Of a stretch of 64,000 nucleotides of DNA, positions 52,501-64,000 are shown one piece after another; the first letter of the stretch is position 1, and the number at the start of each line of letters is the position of its first letter. The notes beneath the pieces were generated by a model, which was given only the letters and a program-made list of their open reading frames with translations, was not told where the DNA came from and made no database searches. This stretch comes from Adineta vaga (lineage: Eukaryota > Animalia > Rotifera). The stretch is taken from assembly GCA_021613535.1 (NCBI GenBank), contig CP075494.1:11346001-11410000 (forward strand), given 5' to 3'. The translations under genes were made by a program, and so were the position numbers.

Positions 52501-52723
52501 GAGACCATCACAAGAAGCAACGGATTTCAATAAGGAAATGAATGATGAACAATTACTCGATGAATATCATCTAATTCATGAAGAAAGTGAGAAAATTAAT
52601 GAACATGGATTAGGTAATTCTCAAATGAGTAGTTTACTTATTAGTTTTTTAATGAAACGAATGCCTCTTTTTGTTTTTTTAGGATTTGATATGAATGGTA
52701 TACCTATTGAAACAATGGGCTAA
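49565..52723 (+). CDS. Signal-peptide multi-thioredoxin-fold protein, TXNDC16/PDI-like, multi-exon
   Basis: Signal peptide MFWILLLFLNSVVT and Trx-like repeats (CSEFRVNGFP-type position seen as DLFRVNGFPRI; AVLFTVKWD; DIDCFDWTDLCHEENILQWPTL...YQG). No CGHC motif. Confidence 0.55.
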
Positions 52724-53107
52724 ATAACTTTGTTTTTTTTCCTGTTCTATACCAGACTTTAATATGAAAATTCACTACATTCTATCTTTGAGAAATGTAA
52801 CCTATCGAAAAAAACAAATTCCTTCACAAAAGAATGAATTCATTCAAACTAGTTATGAGCATACCATTGCCATACTTATCTTTCAGCGTACACTCAGTAA
52901 GTAATCATCTCCATTTCGTCTTCAAAGGTAAAATTTGATAAAAATCAGAGTATCAAATATTTCACTTTATTTATTAATAAATCATTTGAATTATTGTACA
53001 TGCAAAAACGACAACAAAGATCATCGAAAGACAGATTCACATATACAAAAGTAGAATAGAGAAAATTTATCACCAAAATATTGCGCAAAAGAAAAATCTT
53101 GCACCAT

Positions 53108-53684
53108 TCAAAAACGTTGTTTTTGTATTGTACTAGCTAAGTCATTATATCGATTATTAGCTGGATAATTATTATAATTTTTTGTATTATCAATTGCTTG
53201 ACCAGATTTTCTTCCATGATGATTTTGACCTATTGGGTCATTACATGAAATAACTGAAACTGGTTTATTAGTTTGATTATTATTTGAAAATGTCACATTG
53301 GTTGGTGTATAATAAGAAGTTATCACAGGACTTGATTTTTTCTTTTGTAAAGAAACATGTTCAATATCACCGGAACGAATAGATACTCGAGTTATTGATT
53401 GTTGATCAAGAGATTTCGACGTTGTTGGTCGACTAAAATGATTCATTTTCTGATAAATTGAACTACGCATTGAACTCCATTTAGCTGTATTCCAAATATC
53501 AGCAACACCAATCTTTGTCCAATAAAAATGAACTAAGAAGGCACAGACACCGATAATCACTAGAGAAAACAAATCAATGAGACTCAATTTTATTGTCTTC
53601 GTTCTTAAACAATCAAAACAAACCGATGACAACAGCTAAAACAATAATAACAATAATGTCAGTTGTTAAATAACTTTCCGGCAT
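53108..53684 (-). CDS. Uncharacterised single-pass membrane protein, 2 exons
   Basis: MPESYLTTDIIVIIVLAVVI|VIIGVCAFLVHFYWTKIG forms the transmembrane segment, followed by a Ser/Thr/Asn-rich cytoplasmic tail. Confidence 0.65.
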
Positions 53685-55177
53685 GTTTAACTGGAAAAAA
53701 TATTGAAATAAGTAGCTTTTATTTTCTAGAGTGCTTTAATAAACGCATACATACGTAATAAGTGACGTTGATAAATAGTCAAAAACCGTTTTGAGCGTGA
53801 TCAAAATTATTAAACTAGAAAAGAGAGAATTTCAATCGTTCAATACAGGAAACACCGAATCTTAAGTCTCATCAAATGATTTCTCTTGTAAGCATCATAT
53901 TATTAAAACAATTATTCATGACTGAAATGATTCCCTTTTCGATAATTATCGCAATGTGTCAACAGACATATTAACCTTGAATTATGTGAAAACAGACAGA
54001 AAACGAATAATTTAAAAATCTATCGTTTTCTAATTTGTTTAAAAGATGTGGTTTTTTTCTCTCTTTCTATGTGTGAGAAAACATCCCTAACTTATTGTGA
54101 CAGCAAGAAAGGTTGCTAGAGAAACAAACAGAAAATTCATAATTGTAGAACTATTGAAAATTTTTAGGTTTCTATTGATAGTGGAGAATATTGTTTGAAA
54201 AGAATCTGCAGATGTTGCAATCAAGGTTACGAAGACACAGAACTGATCAATGTAGTTTTGTTGTTATGAAATGTAATTTATAACATGGGTTTATAATTAA
54301 TCCTTTCTTACCTTTCGATTTTATGTTTCTAATGTCATTTTTTAAAGGGTATTTGAACGTTTTATCTACTCACAATTGTTGTTAGAAAAGCGTTGGAGAG
54401 TGTTCTCTGTAATGAAAATGATGTTTGCCGAATAGAAGAGGAAGAAAAGCCGTCGAGTAGGATGATGATGATGATGAAGAAAAACCGACGAGTTACTTCG
54501 TCAAGTTATTCTCTATGAAAAATATCAAGAGAAGGAAAATATGACGAAGGTAGATGAACATTGTTTTGATAAGGAAAAGAATCGACTATTAGTATGATAA
54601 GATGTAATGAAAACTTTAACCATTAAATTTTTATACTGACAACAAAATCAGCACAGTGATTATCGATCTTTTGCGTTCTTTCTGACGATGTTTTTTCATC
54701 AAAATGACATCGTTTCAAATTCAAGGTTATTGGTCTATTTGTTGTTATTATGTTTTTGTATTTAATCAAAAACAGCAAAATATATGTTTGATAGGTTCTT
54801 GAGTAATGTTTTTGAAGAATATAAAATTCGAGATATTGTTTTTATGAAATAACAAATGTATCATACATGATATTTATCATGGATTAATGCTAGAATAAAG
54901 AAATAAGAGAAATGATTCATTTCATCAGTAGAAATTCGACGATAATTGAGTTTGTCATAGTTGTAAAGTTTCTTTTTTTTTGAGAAGAGACAAAACAACA
55001 GCTGCGAATGAAACATTATTAATGAGCCGTATATCGGAGAAAAATTATGACTATAGTAAATACCATAATTTTCTTTCTCTATACATGACTTTGAAAAAGT
55101 CAAATTGTCATCGTAATAAATTTCCAATGTTGCTTCTTTCAATAGAGGTACTCCGTGGTTATCTAACCTTATGACTA

Positions 55178-55199
55178 TCTCTCTCTCTCTCTCTCTCTC
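55178..55199. repeat. (CT)n microsatellite
   Basis: Read directly. Confidence 0.9.
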
Positions 55200-55467
55200 C
55201 CTTCCAATGTAATATGACAAAAATTAACAACATCAGTTGATAGTCACTATTTCGAGTTTGTTACGTTGCTAACGTAATTTGTTTTTTTTATTTATTTGAA
55301 GAAATGAGAATAAAATAACAGACGGTTCTCTTTCAACTACTAAAAAATTTATTTTTCTTTGTGGATGCATTGTCAAAAGAATGAAAAAGAAGAAGAAAAA
55401 AAAAGGAAAATAAGAATTCTTGTGTCTCTCAATCAACTTGTAAAGTGAAACAAAACCTATTGTGGAC

Positions 55468-58286
55468 ATGTTAGAGTACCAGTCCGATGCATCGTCCTTT
55501 GATACAACTAATACAAATACTCAACCGAAAATTAATTTAAAACTTTCAGCACATGGAAATATTTTCGCTGATTGGAGCCAATTAGCACGACCAGACAATG
55601 TTCGAGATTGTATCATACATTACAAGAGTCTAAATACGAATGAAGTAAAATTCGTTTGTTAGAAAAAGCAAATTTTCTTCTCTTTTCTTTTCTAAACTAG
55701 AGTCATACAATTCGTGTCTCACGAAAGAAACAAAATAGTTATTTGAAGAAAATTCAGCCAGGTCATTTATATGAAGTACATGTTTGCGCTGTGGATAGTT
55801 CAGATCGAATTATTGCTTCAAGTCAACGCGCACAAATTCAAACGATAAACTCAAATGAAGGTCCTCGATTACGTGTGACGTAAATTTCAATCATAGTTGT
55901 TGATTGATCGAAAAGATAATTTTTTGATTTTGTTAGAAAAGCAACACCAGATTTTATTTGGTTGGAATGGAATAAACCAGAGGAGGTACTTGTAACAGAT
56001 ATTAAATCGTATAAAGTCGTTGTCAATGGGCAAACAAAAGTGGTTTTACCACCTGAAGAAAATAGATATGTTTTCAATGATGGACAAGTTGCAAAAAAGT
56101 ATATTTTTCAAATTGAAGTAATTACATTGTTCTTTTTCTCGACAGAATTGAATGAATAAGTTAATATTTATCTTTTAAGATGATTCGAAAAGATCAGAAG
56201 ATCAGTTCATCAGTTCCAGTAGCTGTCAAATGGCCAGGAGTGACAATACCGAAAACCCATGCAAATGTCAACGGTTGTGAAGAATTGATGATATGTTGGG
56301 GAGATTCAATGTCTATTAATGATGGAAATATTGAATTCTATACGGTTTGTTCTTGTTTGTCAATAATACATCAGGAAATCTGTTTCTTTAGCTTCATTTA
56401 TACAATTCTGATGGTCAATTATTGAATACAATTGGTCCGAATTCGTCTGAATGTCGTCAAATTTGTATAAAAGATATGAACAAAGGTGTTTATTTCTATA
56501 TACTTGAAATCAAACTTGCGAATTCAAACAAATCTATATCTTCACAACCGATACAAGTTGAATGTGGTAGTGAATCAAGATTACCGATATTAACATATAA
56601 TTACAGTGATTCAAATGATGAAAAACAATTAGTTAATATGGCTTATCATTTAATCAGTATACGAGATAAGTAAGAATCAATAATGGATTGAAATGTTCTA
56701 TTTTAATAAATTGTCGCTTCTATATTTAGTATGAAATCTAAACAGCTAATTGATCGATGTGAAAATCAACTTCATCAAATACTTTCAACATTAACTCAAC
56801 ATACAGGTTTGATTTTTGACAAGAAAAACTTTGACGAATCCTTTTTTTTTCTTGAAGATTTCATTCGAATTAATATAACGATTGAATCCAAAGTTACTGG
56901 AAATATCCTTCAAACTTATCGATTAATGATCGATGATGAAGAGACCAATACACCAATCCCTGGAACAGTGAAACAATTTCCATTACAAGTAAAATTGCAA
57001 CAACTATAAAATCTTAATTCACCGATGTTTTCTTCTCATCGAATTTAGCTTCCACGAAGAGATAAACCATATGAATTGTCCGTTTCAGTCACCCCAGCAT
57101 TGTACGGAACACAATCGAAGAAAGTCTTAGTTGAAGCTTCTGGTCAACTTACATTCTTCTGTGCACATTTTGGTCGAAATAAAGTTCTTAAAAGGTATTG
57201 TGAACAGACCTTTCCTACGATAAGATAAACACCGTAGTTCTTCATCTGAAACAAAAAACTCGATTCCCCATAATTAGTTACTAACCAATCGTATCTTTTT
57301 TGTTCACTAGCTGTGCATACACGGAAACCTTACCGCGTGAAAAACAATTCAAACAAGCAATTCATCAAGGTTTCCTAAAAACACCTTTAGCACTAGAAAA
57401 CATTGTACTCTACGATATAAGAACAGAAAAAAGCGTTGAACTACCATCATTAGGCAAATCACGTCGATTAACTATTCTTTTGTTCTATCATAATAAATGT
57501 ATACCATCAATCGCTCATTTGAATTATTTTGCGAAATATGCGTCTACTCATCCAAAACAAGTAATTAGTTGTATGATTTTAATCATTACAATGGTAATTT
57601 TGTTTATTTTAAGTGTACGTATACATCAACCAATTGTGTACCAACCGATTATGATGCTTTAAAAGAATTAGTCAAAGATTTTAACGATATACAATGTTAT
57701 ACAGACTTTTCATCAGATGATTTCGAATGTAAAAAAAATTGATTCATCTAGAATTACATTTTAGTCTCTTTCATTTGGATAGATATAACAAAAGAGAATG
57801 ACAAACCTCTAAATGAAATATTATCACTTGCCGGTGTTCCAATATATTTTGTTTTGGACTTTTCAAGTAAATTTGATGGGAAATAAAGAATAGAATAAAT
57901 TTTATTTTTCAAAATAGGTCGTATTGTTTGGAAAGGTCGTATATGTGCTCAAACTCAATTAGAATATGATGCGCACATGGATCATATTATTGCTGAAGTG
58001 AATAAAATTAAATGTTCATCCGAAAAATGTGAACTCTGCCAATACTGTTTACTTAAAGATGACGATATTTTAGAACATTTAAAAGGTAAACATAGGAATT
58101 CTTTCCAAATGATTTGATTTTGTTTAAAAAATATGAATAGAATTCGAAATCAAACAAAATATCATTCAACAACGATTTTTACGATCACAAACGAAAAGAC
58201 ATGACGGAGAGAAGGAAGATCGACGACGTCGAGTGGTATCAATGAAAGATCCACCAAACAAAACGAATCCCACGGAATATCATTAA
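55468..58286 (+). CDS. Fibronectin type III repeat protein with C-terminal redoxin/thioredoxin-like domain, multi-exon (5' end uncertain)
   Basis: FN3-like exons (IFADWS...IQPGHLYEVHVCAV; WLEWNKP...SYKVVVNG; MICWG). Then LTILLFYHNKCIPS, LAGVPIYFVLDF|GRIVWKG and a Cys-rich CSSEKCELCQYC. Stop at 58286. Confidence 0.65.
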
Positions 58287-58479
58287 TTACTTTATCACAA
58301 ATCATTTACTTCAGAATAAAACAATATTTTTTCTACGAAAATATTTTTGAATAAATTCAATGAAATCTCAACATTCACATTTCCCGTATTTCTATAGAAA
58401 AACAGACATAATATACGATATGTTTTATTAATTAAAATAAAAAAAAGCGAATTTGTATAAACAAAATATAACGAATTTA

Positions 58480-59083
58480 TTAATTTGATTGTTTAACTTT
58501 AGCTGCTGTTTTAACACGACTACGACGATTTTTGAACCAAACCTAAATTTATAATCATGACATGTATATAAATTCCAATTTGTTTTAAATCATACTTGAA
58601 TGCGAGCTTCGGGTACATCAAGTCGTTCAGAAAGTTGTTCACGAAGTTGAATATCAGGATATGGATTCTTTTCAAATACTTGATCGAGTATATCAACTTG
58701 ATCTTTTGAGAAAATAGTACGTTGTCGACGACGACGACCAGCTGGTGGAACTATAAGATTAACATCTAATTATATTGTACGATTTTAATTGTTTTCTTTG
58801 TCTTACCTGATTCGAAAGTTGTATTTAATGTCGGTGTCACTTGCACAGAAGATGTTGGTTGAGCATAGATATTTGTCGTAGAATTATTATAAAGTACAAC
58901 TTGAGGTGTCGATTGTTCAGTATACGATGGATAATAGTAAGATGATGATGATGATGAATGTGTTGGAGTCGATTGTACTGGATATGAATAATATGGATCA
59001 ACATAAGAATCGTGAAGAGGACATGAGGATTGATAATAGTAGGATGATGATGATGATAATGGCGACGAATAGTATGAATCCAT
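58480..59083 (-). CDS. Divergent K50 paired-like (Otx/goosecoid-type) homeobox protein, 3 exons
   Basis: Ser/Tyr-rich N-terminus. Homeodomain RRRRQRTIFSKDQVDILDQVFEKNPYPDIQLREQLSERLDVPEARIQ|VWFKNRRSR, with the canonical PRD-class intron between Q46 and V47. Confidence 0.85.
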
Positions 59084-59881
59084 AATTCCTACAAAGAATC
59101 AATAGATTAATTCAAGACTATGTAAATACTTATCCTGTTTTGTGATATTGAATGTTGTAGTATGTAATGATATTGACGATGAAATCGAATAATATATTGG
59201 AGAGAGAAAAAAGAAAGAAATATCTATTCATTTTCTTCGCCAATCAAAATTAATCGACCTATAATAATCGAAAGAAGAACATCAAAAAAAGTAGACTAAT
59301 TAATACACCTAAGCTCATCTGTCGGTTAACAATGATCAAAGGAAAAAAAGGAACAACATAACATTTGGCAGTTTGAAAATCATTTTTCCCAGTGATTGTA
59401 ATCAATCAATTGATCATTATAAAGATTTTACTAGTGTAAAAGTGAAGTTTCATCATTTACTTATGGAAAAAGATCAAACAGATCAATATTCATTATTAGT
59501 TAGATACGGGAAAACAGATCGAACTTATCAAATTATTTGTCGGGAACTGTTGCTTATGTATATTGATACGGTTGATTTAGTTAGGTGTTGCCGACTATTC
59601 AACAATTTGCTTTTTGAGATTGATTGACACAAATAAGTGAGATCTATCATCTTCTTGATCATCGTGTGGATAAACCAATGTTTCGTTGAAAATGTCAATA
59701 GAAGAACATGAAAATACGAAGTCGTGTAAATAGTAAACAGACATATCTGTTTTCAAAGAGTAAGAGTGTAACAATGAGAAAAGAATTGATGATTTGATCA
59801 AGAATAAATACAGATATTTTATTAAAACAAAACAATTTTCTTTATTATGAAAAAGAAAAAGAAAGAAAAGTTCAGTACTGG

Positions 59882-60490
59882 TTAATCTATTAGTAAATCT
59901 GGATTCTTCTTATAGATTTCATAGTCGCTGCGTTTGAAAAATGCGATTTCCGTACCATTGACTACATTATAATCACAGAGACGTTTATCGTCTTCGATTA
60001 TGAATCGATCATCACCATCTCGACGAACTGTAACATCATTGCTCTAACAAAAAGAAGAGAGAATATGTATGAGTTTTTTCTATACGAAGAAAAAGTTGAT
60101 TTAGATTCGAATACCTTCGCTTGATGTGGATAATGTTCGATCTTTAAAGTATCTAAAAGACGAATAAGTTTCAATGTTATGAATTAGTTTTTGAATCTTA
60201 CCAAATGCAAATGTTTTGAATGGTGGAGGTAATTTTTCATTAGGTAGCACTGAAACAAAGACAAAGATACGAATTATTTTAATGAATGAAATGAAAGTAT
60301 CACCTGCAAAGCAAAACTACGAACTTGTTAGAATTCGTTGTTTGAGTTCACTACCAGTCATTTGTCCAGATGAATCGATAGAACGAAGTATAATATTACG
60401 AATATTTCGATGTTCAAATGAACGAACCAATCGAACAGATAGTATCATAGTATTTTCGTTAGAAGTACCGGGATTATCATTATTAGCCAT
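59882..60490 (-). CDS. UPF0538/C2orf76 (DUF2340, AIM29-like) protein, 4 exons
   Basis: ILSVRLVRSFEHRNIRNIIL, LPPPFKTFAF|DTLKIEHYPHQAK and NVVNGTEIAFFKRSDYEIYKKNP. Confidence 0.85.
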
Positions 60491-63017
60491 GATTTTGATC
60501 GATGAAGAAATAACGATTATTTTATATAGTAGAAAACCGAAGAGTAGAGTAAGTCAAGCCAAGCCAAGCCAACAAATAGAAATAGGCTAGTATAATATTT
60601 TTTTTGGTCAAAAAATCCAATCAAAAATGAAATAGCCGGAAAAAAAAGTAATTATATGATGATTGTACTTGGGAATTATTTTATCACAATTTTGAAATGA
60701 TATTAAAACTATTTCTATCAGTAAATGCGTATAGAAAGTATATATAGATGTCGTAGTCAAACGCTACTACAAAGATCTGATACCTATTGATTGATGTTTC
60801 TCGTTCTTAGCTATATCGGACTTTTGTTTAGTTTAGTATATTCTTTTCTTCGGAGGGTGAGGATGAGAATACAGAGCAAAAAAATTTCGTCTCATCTAAA
60901 ACATCATTTATAATTGTGCATTATCGATGGTATCAAGAAGATGTTTTCGAATTACCATCAACTGAGTAGAAACTTGAATTCAGTAGTGTCTTATTTTGCA
61001 ATTGACTTGATGCTGCGTTTGTGATACTTAATATTGTTAATACTGCTAGAAAAAGACACACAGTCATTTTAAAAAGAAGAAATTAACAATCTCTTAATTC
61101 TATTCTTTACATTTTTCTCTTGTTTTTCTAAGGCATAGCTACGATAGAATCCTATATGTAAACGATCGGTTCAAAGATAATCTGTTGGAAAAAATGCTTT
61201 TTCTCATAAATTTCGATTGGATTGAGTCGCTTTCAAAGACCCAAATCGTTACATAAGATCAAGAACAATTCGAGTTACGAAAAGCTGATATATATATATC
61301 AATGTTTTTGTTAGTTTTTTTATTGTTCAATATAATTTTTAACTATCATTATAACAACATAAATGAGAATATAGTGATCTATTTCTTTTCTTCAGTGTCT
61401 GACAGTATATGCTTGATCTTAAATGACTGGCTTAAGCTGCCAGAGCAGATTCTACTTCAAAAGTTGAAACAGTTGAGAAAAATCTTTTATAATTTTTTGT
61501 TTTTTTCTATAATGGAAATGATTAAATTGTATATTAACTAAAAAAAGCTTCGTAGTATAGTCCAAAAAGACTTTCATTAATAAGAGACTGCCAGCGAACT
61601 TAATGGTATGGCCTGAAAGAAAAATAGATTCTTAAGAATTAATAGAGCTATTTATAATTTGTTTGAAAATTTACTCATTTAGCAGGAACATTGGAGTTCC
61701 TCTTACCTTTCGTGCAAATAAAGATAAGAAAATAATAACTCAAATTTTTAATAGTAATTCGACCACTTCGAGAGAGAGTGTGTTTTTTAATTTTGCACGA
61801 TCAAAGATTTCTCGTTTAGAGACTCGATATACAATTTGAAGGACGATATATTGAATCTAGAACAACTTTCAAATCAAACATATGTTAGTTTAATGTACCG
61901 TATAGTAATTTATGATAAACATTCCATTGAACGTGTGACTTGAATTTTCAAGCTTTTCATAAGCATTTCATTCATCGAAGAAAATATCTTACCTAAAATC
62001 AAATTATTTCATTAAAAATCGTCAAGAGTCCTCACACTTCGATATATGTAGCAAATCAATCAACTAGGATCTCGAATGCTATTTCATAGAATTTTTCCTC
62101 AATCAACTTTTCGATTTACCTCCAGGTTTTTCCATTAAAACGTCAAAAACACAGTTTATCATCATTGTAAAAGAAAAATCTGTAAAGAATGTTGAACTAC
62201 ATGTACCGGTTGGAAAGCTACATATACTATTCGATTTCCTGAGACTTTATTAGGTAACAGACACTTTTGCTAATTGTGTTACTTAGGAAACAAGTCGGTC
62301 GTTCAAATTTTACATTTTAACTTCAAAGAAATTCTACTAATTATTTTTGTTCACTAATTGATTTCTATAAAAAACAAGACTTGAACAATTCAAGATAAGA
62401 AAATGGTTCTATCCGTCATACTTGTCTCAGTTCAATTCCACCTCATATACTGATCTAATAAGAAAGAGAAAAAATCTAGTTTTTATTAAAAATCGAACGA
62501 TTTCAATTGATATGTTTGTCGTTCGTTTCCTCAAAATAGATCTCCATCGGAAGACACAAATATACAGAGTAGGAACACATAATTGTGAATAAGAATCTTT
62601 ACTGGTGTATTTATTATCGTCTATACATATGTGATTCTGCATGCCAACCTATTTCCATAGATAGGTCTCAAGATCTCACCGGATAAAATAGCATTTGAGA
62701 AAGTAATATTGCAGATTTTTGAAGAAGTAAAAGTTCAAAAAGTATTTGTTTGGTTCTCTACATTTAATTATTACAATATACGCTTGTAGTGACAGATTAA
62801 ACGTCAGAAACAGTAATACGATTTTTAATATGAACGCCAGTCTATATGTTCTTCTTATCAAAACGAATAAAAAGAATTTTTATATGACGCCTTTCAGACT
62901 TAATAACTATATCATAAATAGATAGGTTTATATAAAAGAGTTAGCGAGTTGAATATAATTACAAGCATTTAAATTGGCTAATCTGGAATAATTTACTTGT
63001 CATTTCCAAGATATTTC

Positions 63018-64000
63018 ATGGCAATTGCTGACGATCTTAGTTCAGTTCAATCAGCTCTAACTTGTTATATTTTACCATTCATTTTCCTTTTTGGTATCAT
63101 TGGAAATGTATTGAATATTACAGTTTTCTCTCAAAAACATCTTCGCATGAATTCCTGTTCAATTTATTTCATTTCAACATCGATCTTTAATTTTCTTGTT
63201 ATGTGTTTTGGAATAATTCCAATTCTTACATCATCTTATTCATCCTATGATTATGCATCTTATTCAGTTAGTTATTGTAAATTACGTTCATATTTTGTTC
63301 ATGTTTTATTTATGATGTCACGATCAAGTGTCGCTTTAGCTTGTATTGATCGTTTTGCATTATGTTCACCTAATGTTCGAATTCGTGCTCTTAGTCAACG
63401 AGGAATGGCAATAAAACTAATCTCAATTGTTTGTTTTCTTTGGCTTTTAATACCTATTCATATGATTATATTTGTCGATATTCAAATGTCTAGTAGACGA
63501 TGTGGTGGAAATGGAAGTTATTCATATATTTATGGTCTTTATGCAGCTGTTGTTACAGCAATTCCATTGATAATCATGTTGCTTTTTTCAAGTTTAGCAA
63601 TTTATGATTTAAAACGTATTCGATCTCGTATTCAACCAGATCAAATAGTAATTGCTTCAAATACTCCAAGAACAGTTCGAATGAAAAAACGTGATGCTCA
63701 ATTAATGATTATTTTAGTTAGTGAAGTAGCTATCTATTTTTGTTCAACAGTATTATTTCCAATTTATTCAATTTATGTTGCAGTTACATCAAATGTTTCT
63801 AAAAATGCTGATCGAACAGCCATTGAAGGTTTTATCCGTTATATGGCATTAAGTTTCTTACTTTATTTAAATTCAGCTTCAATATTTTATGCTCATATTT
63901 TAGCTTCGAAAGCCTTTTGTAAAGAGTGCAAACAGTTAATGTTACGATTAATTAAACGAAGAGAAAATGAAAATATGTTAATGACAACAGCAGGAATGTC
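63018..64000 (+). CDS. Rhodopsin-family GPCR, intronless, runs off the window end
   Basis: MAIADD...FGIIGNVLNITVF...NSCSIYF...CKLRSY...LACIDRF...seven hydrophobic segments...YLNSASIFYAHILASKAF. No stop before 64000. Confidence 0.88.
   Translation, partial: MAIADDLSSVQSALTCYILPFIFLFGIIGNVLNITVFSQKHLRMNSCSIYFISTSIFNFLVMCFGIIPILTSSYSSYDYASYSVSYCKLRSYFVHVLFMMSRSSVALACIDRFALCSPNVRIRALSQRGMAIKLISIVCFLWLLIPIHMIIFVDIQMSSRRCGGNGSYSYIYGLYAAVVTAIPLIIMLLFSSLAIYDLKRIRSRIQPDQIVIASNTPRTVRMKKRDAQLMIILVSEVAIYFCSTVLFPIYSIYVAVTSNVSKNADRTAIEGFIRYMALSFLLYLNSASIFYAHILASKAFCKECKQLMLRLIKRRENENMLMTTAGM

Noticed and set aside
54168-55174. Exon-like plus-strand fragments (VSIDSGEYCLKRICRCCNQG..., ENDVCRIEEEEKP..., RDKTTAANETLL...)
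   Set aside because: I could not join them into a stop-free spliced frame. They may be upstream exons of the FN3 gene, a small gene or a decayed one, and need RNA data.
60900-62300. Scattered splice-site-flanked fragments on both strands between C2orf76 and the GPCR
   Set aside because: No consistent reading frame or recognisable motif was found. A lncRNA or gene relic is possible but unsupported.
250-62861. Many 60-100 aa ORFs antisense to or overlapping real exons in the ORF track
   Set aside because: They are shadow ORFs of AT-rich coding sequence or exon-plus-intron read-through, often starting at TTG/GTG, which is not expected in this eukaryote.
1-64000. CRISPR arrays, rRNA, tRNA, intact transposons or telomeric repeat tracts
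   Set aside because: No regularly spaced repeats, structured RNA signatures, transposase/RT motifs or long terminal repeats were recognised by eye. Short MITEs or small ncRNAs could have been missed.

Overview
AT-rich (about 30% GC by eye), gene-dense eukaryotic animal DNA with very short (about 40-70 nt) GT-AG introns. The intron size, the intronless bacterial-type metabolic genes, a decayed ADP-ribosyltransferase/TPR gene and an intronless lineage-type GPCR point to a bdelloid rotifer (Adineta/Rotaria-like); this is an inference. About 26 genes can be reconstructed by hand. In order: AGE-family sugar epimerase/isomerase (likely horizontally acquired), NCS-type EF-hand protein, CNK scaffold, site-2 protease, homeobrain, an orphan membrane protein, PRPF3, ERM/moesin, Tctex-1-like dynein light chain, Mn-CDF transporter, an ART-TPR pseudogene, ERMARD, mevalonate kinase, PQLC1, a 3CxxC/RTP-like protein, a CAP-Gly coiled-coil protein, a bacterial-type SDR, a small secreted protein, a REPS-like EH protein, mTERF-like, MRPS17, TXNDC16-like, a single-pass orphan, an FN3+redoxin-like protein, a K50 paired-like homeobox, C2orf76/UPF0538 and a partial GPCR. 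Three observations stand out. (1) A two-exon, 119-aa secreted protein missed by the ORF track resembles a stand-alone cholesterol-dependent cytolysin domain 4, and it lies head-to-head with the foreign-looking SDR. (2) The ERM gene has two same-length alternative C-terminal tails plus a possible tail-less isoform. (3) Several same-strand gene runs have only 43-98 bp between stop and start codons, some with unpaired splice acceptors, suggesting operon-like transcription. No tRNA, rRNA, CRISPR array or intact transposon was recognised. Family assignments come from remembered motifs, not database searches.
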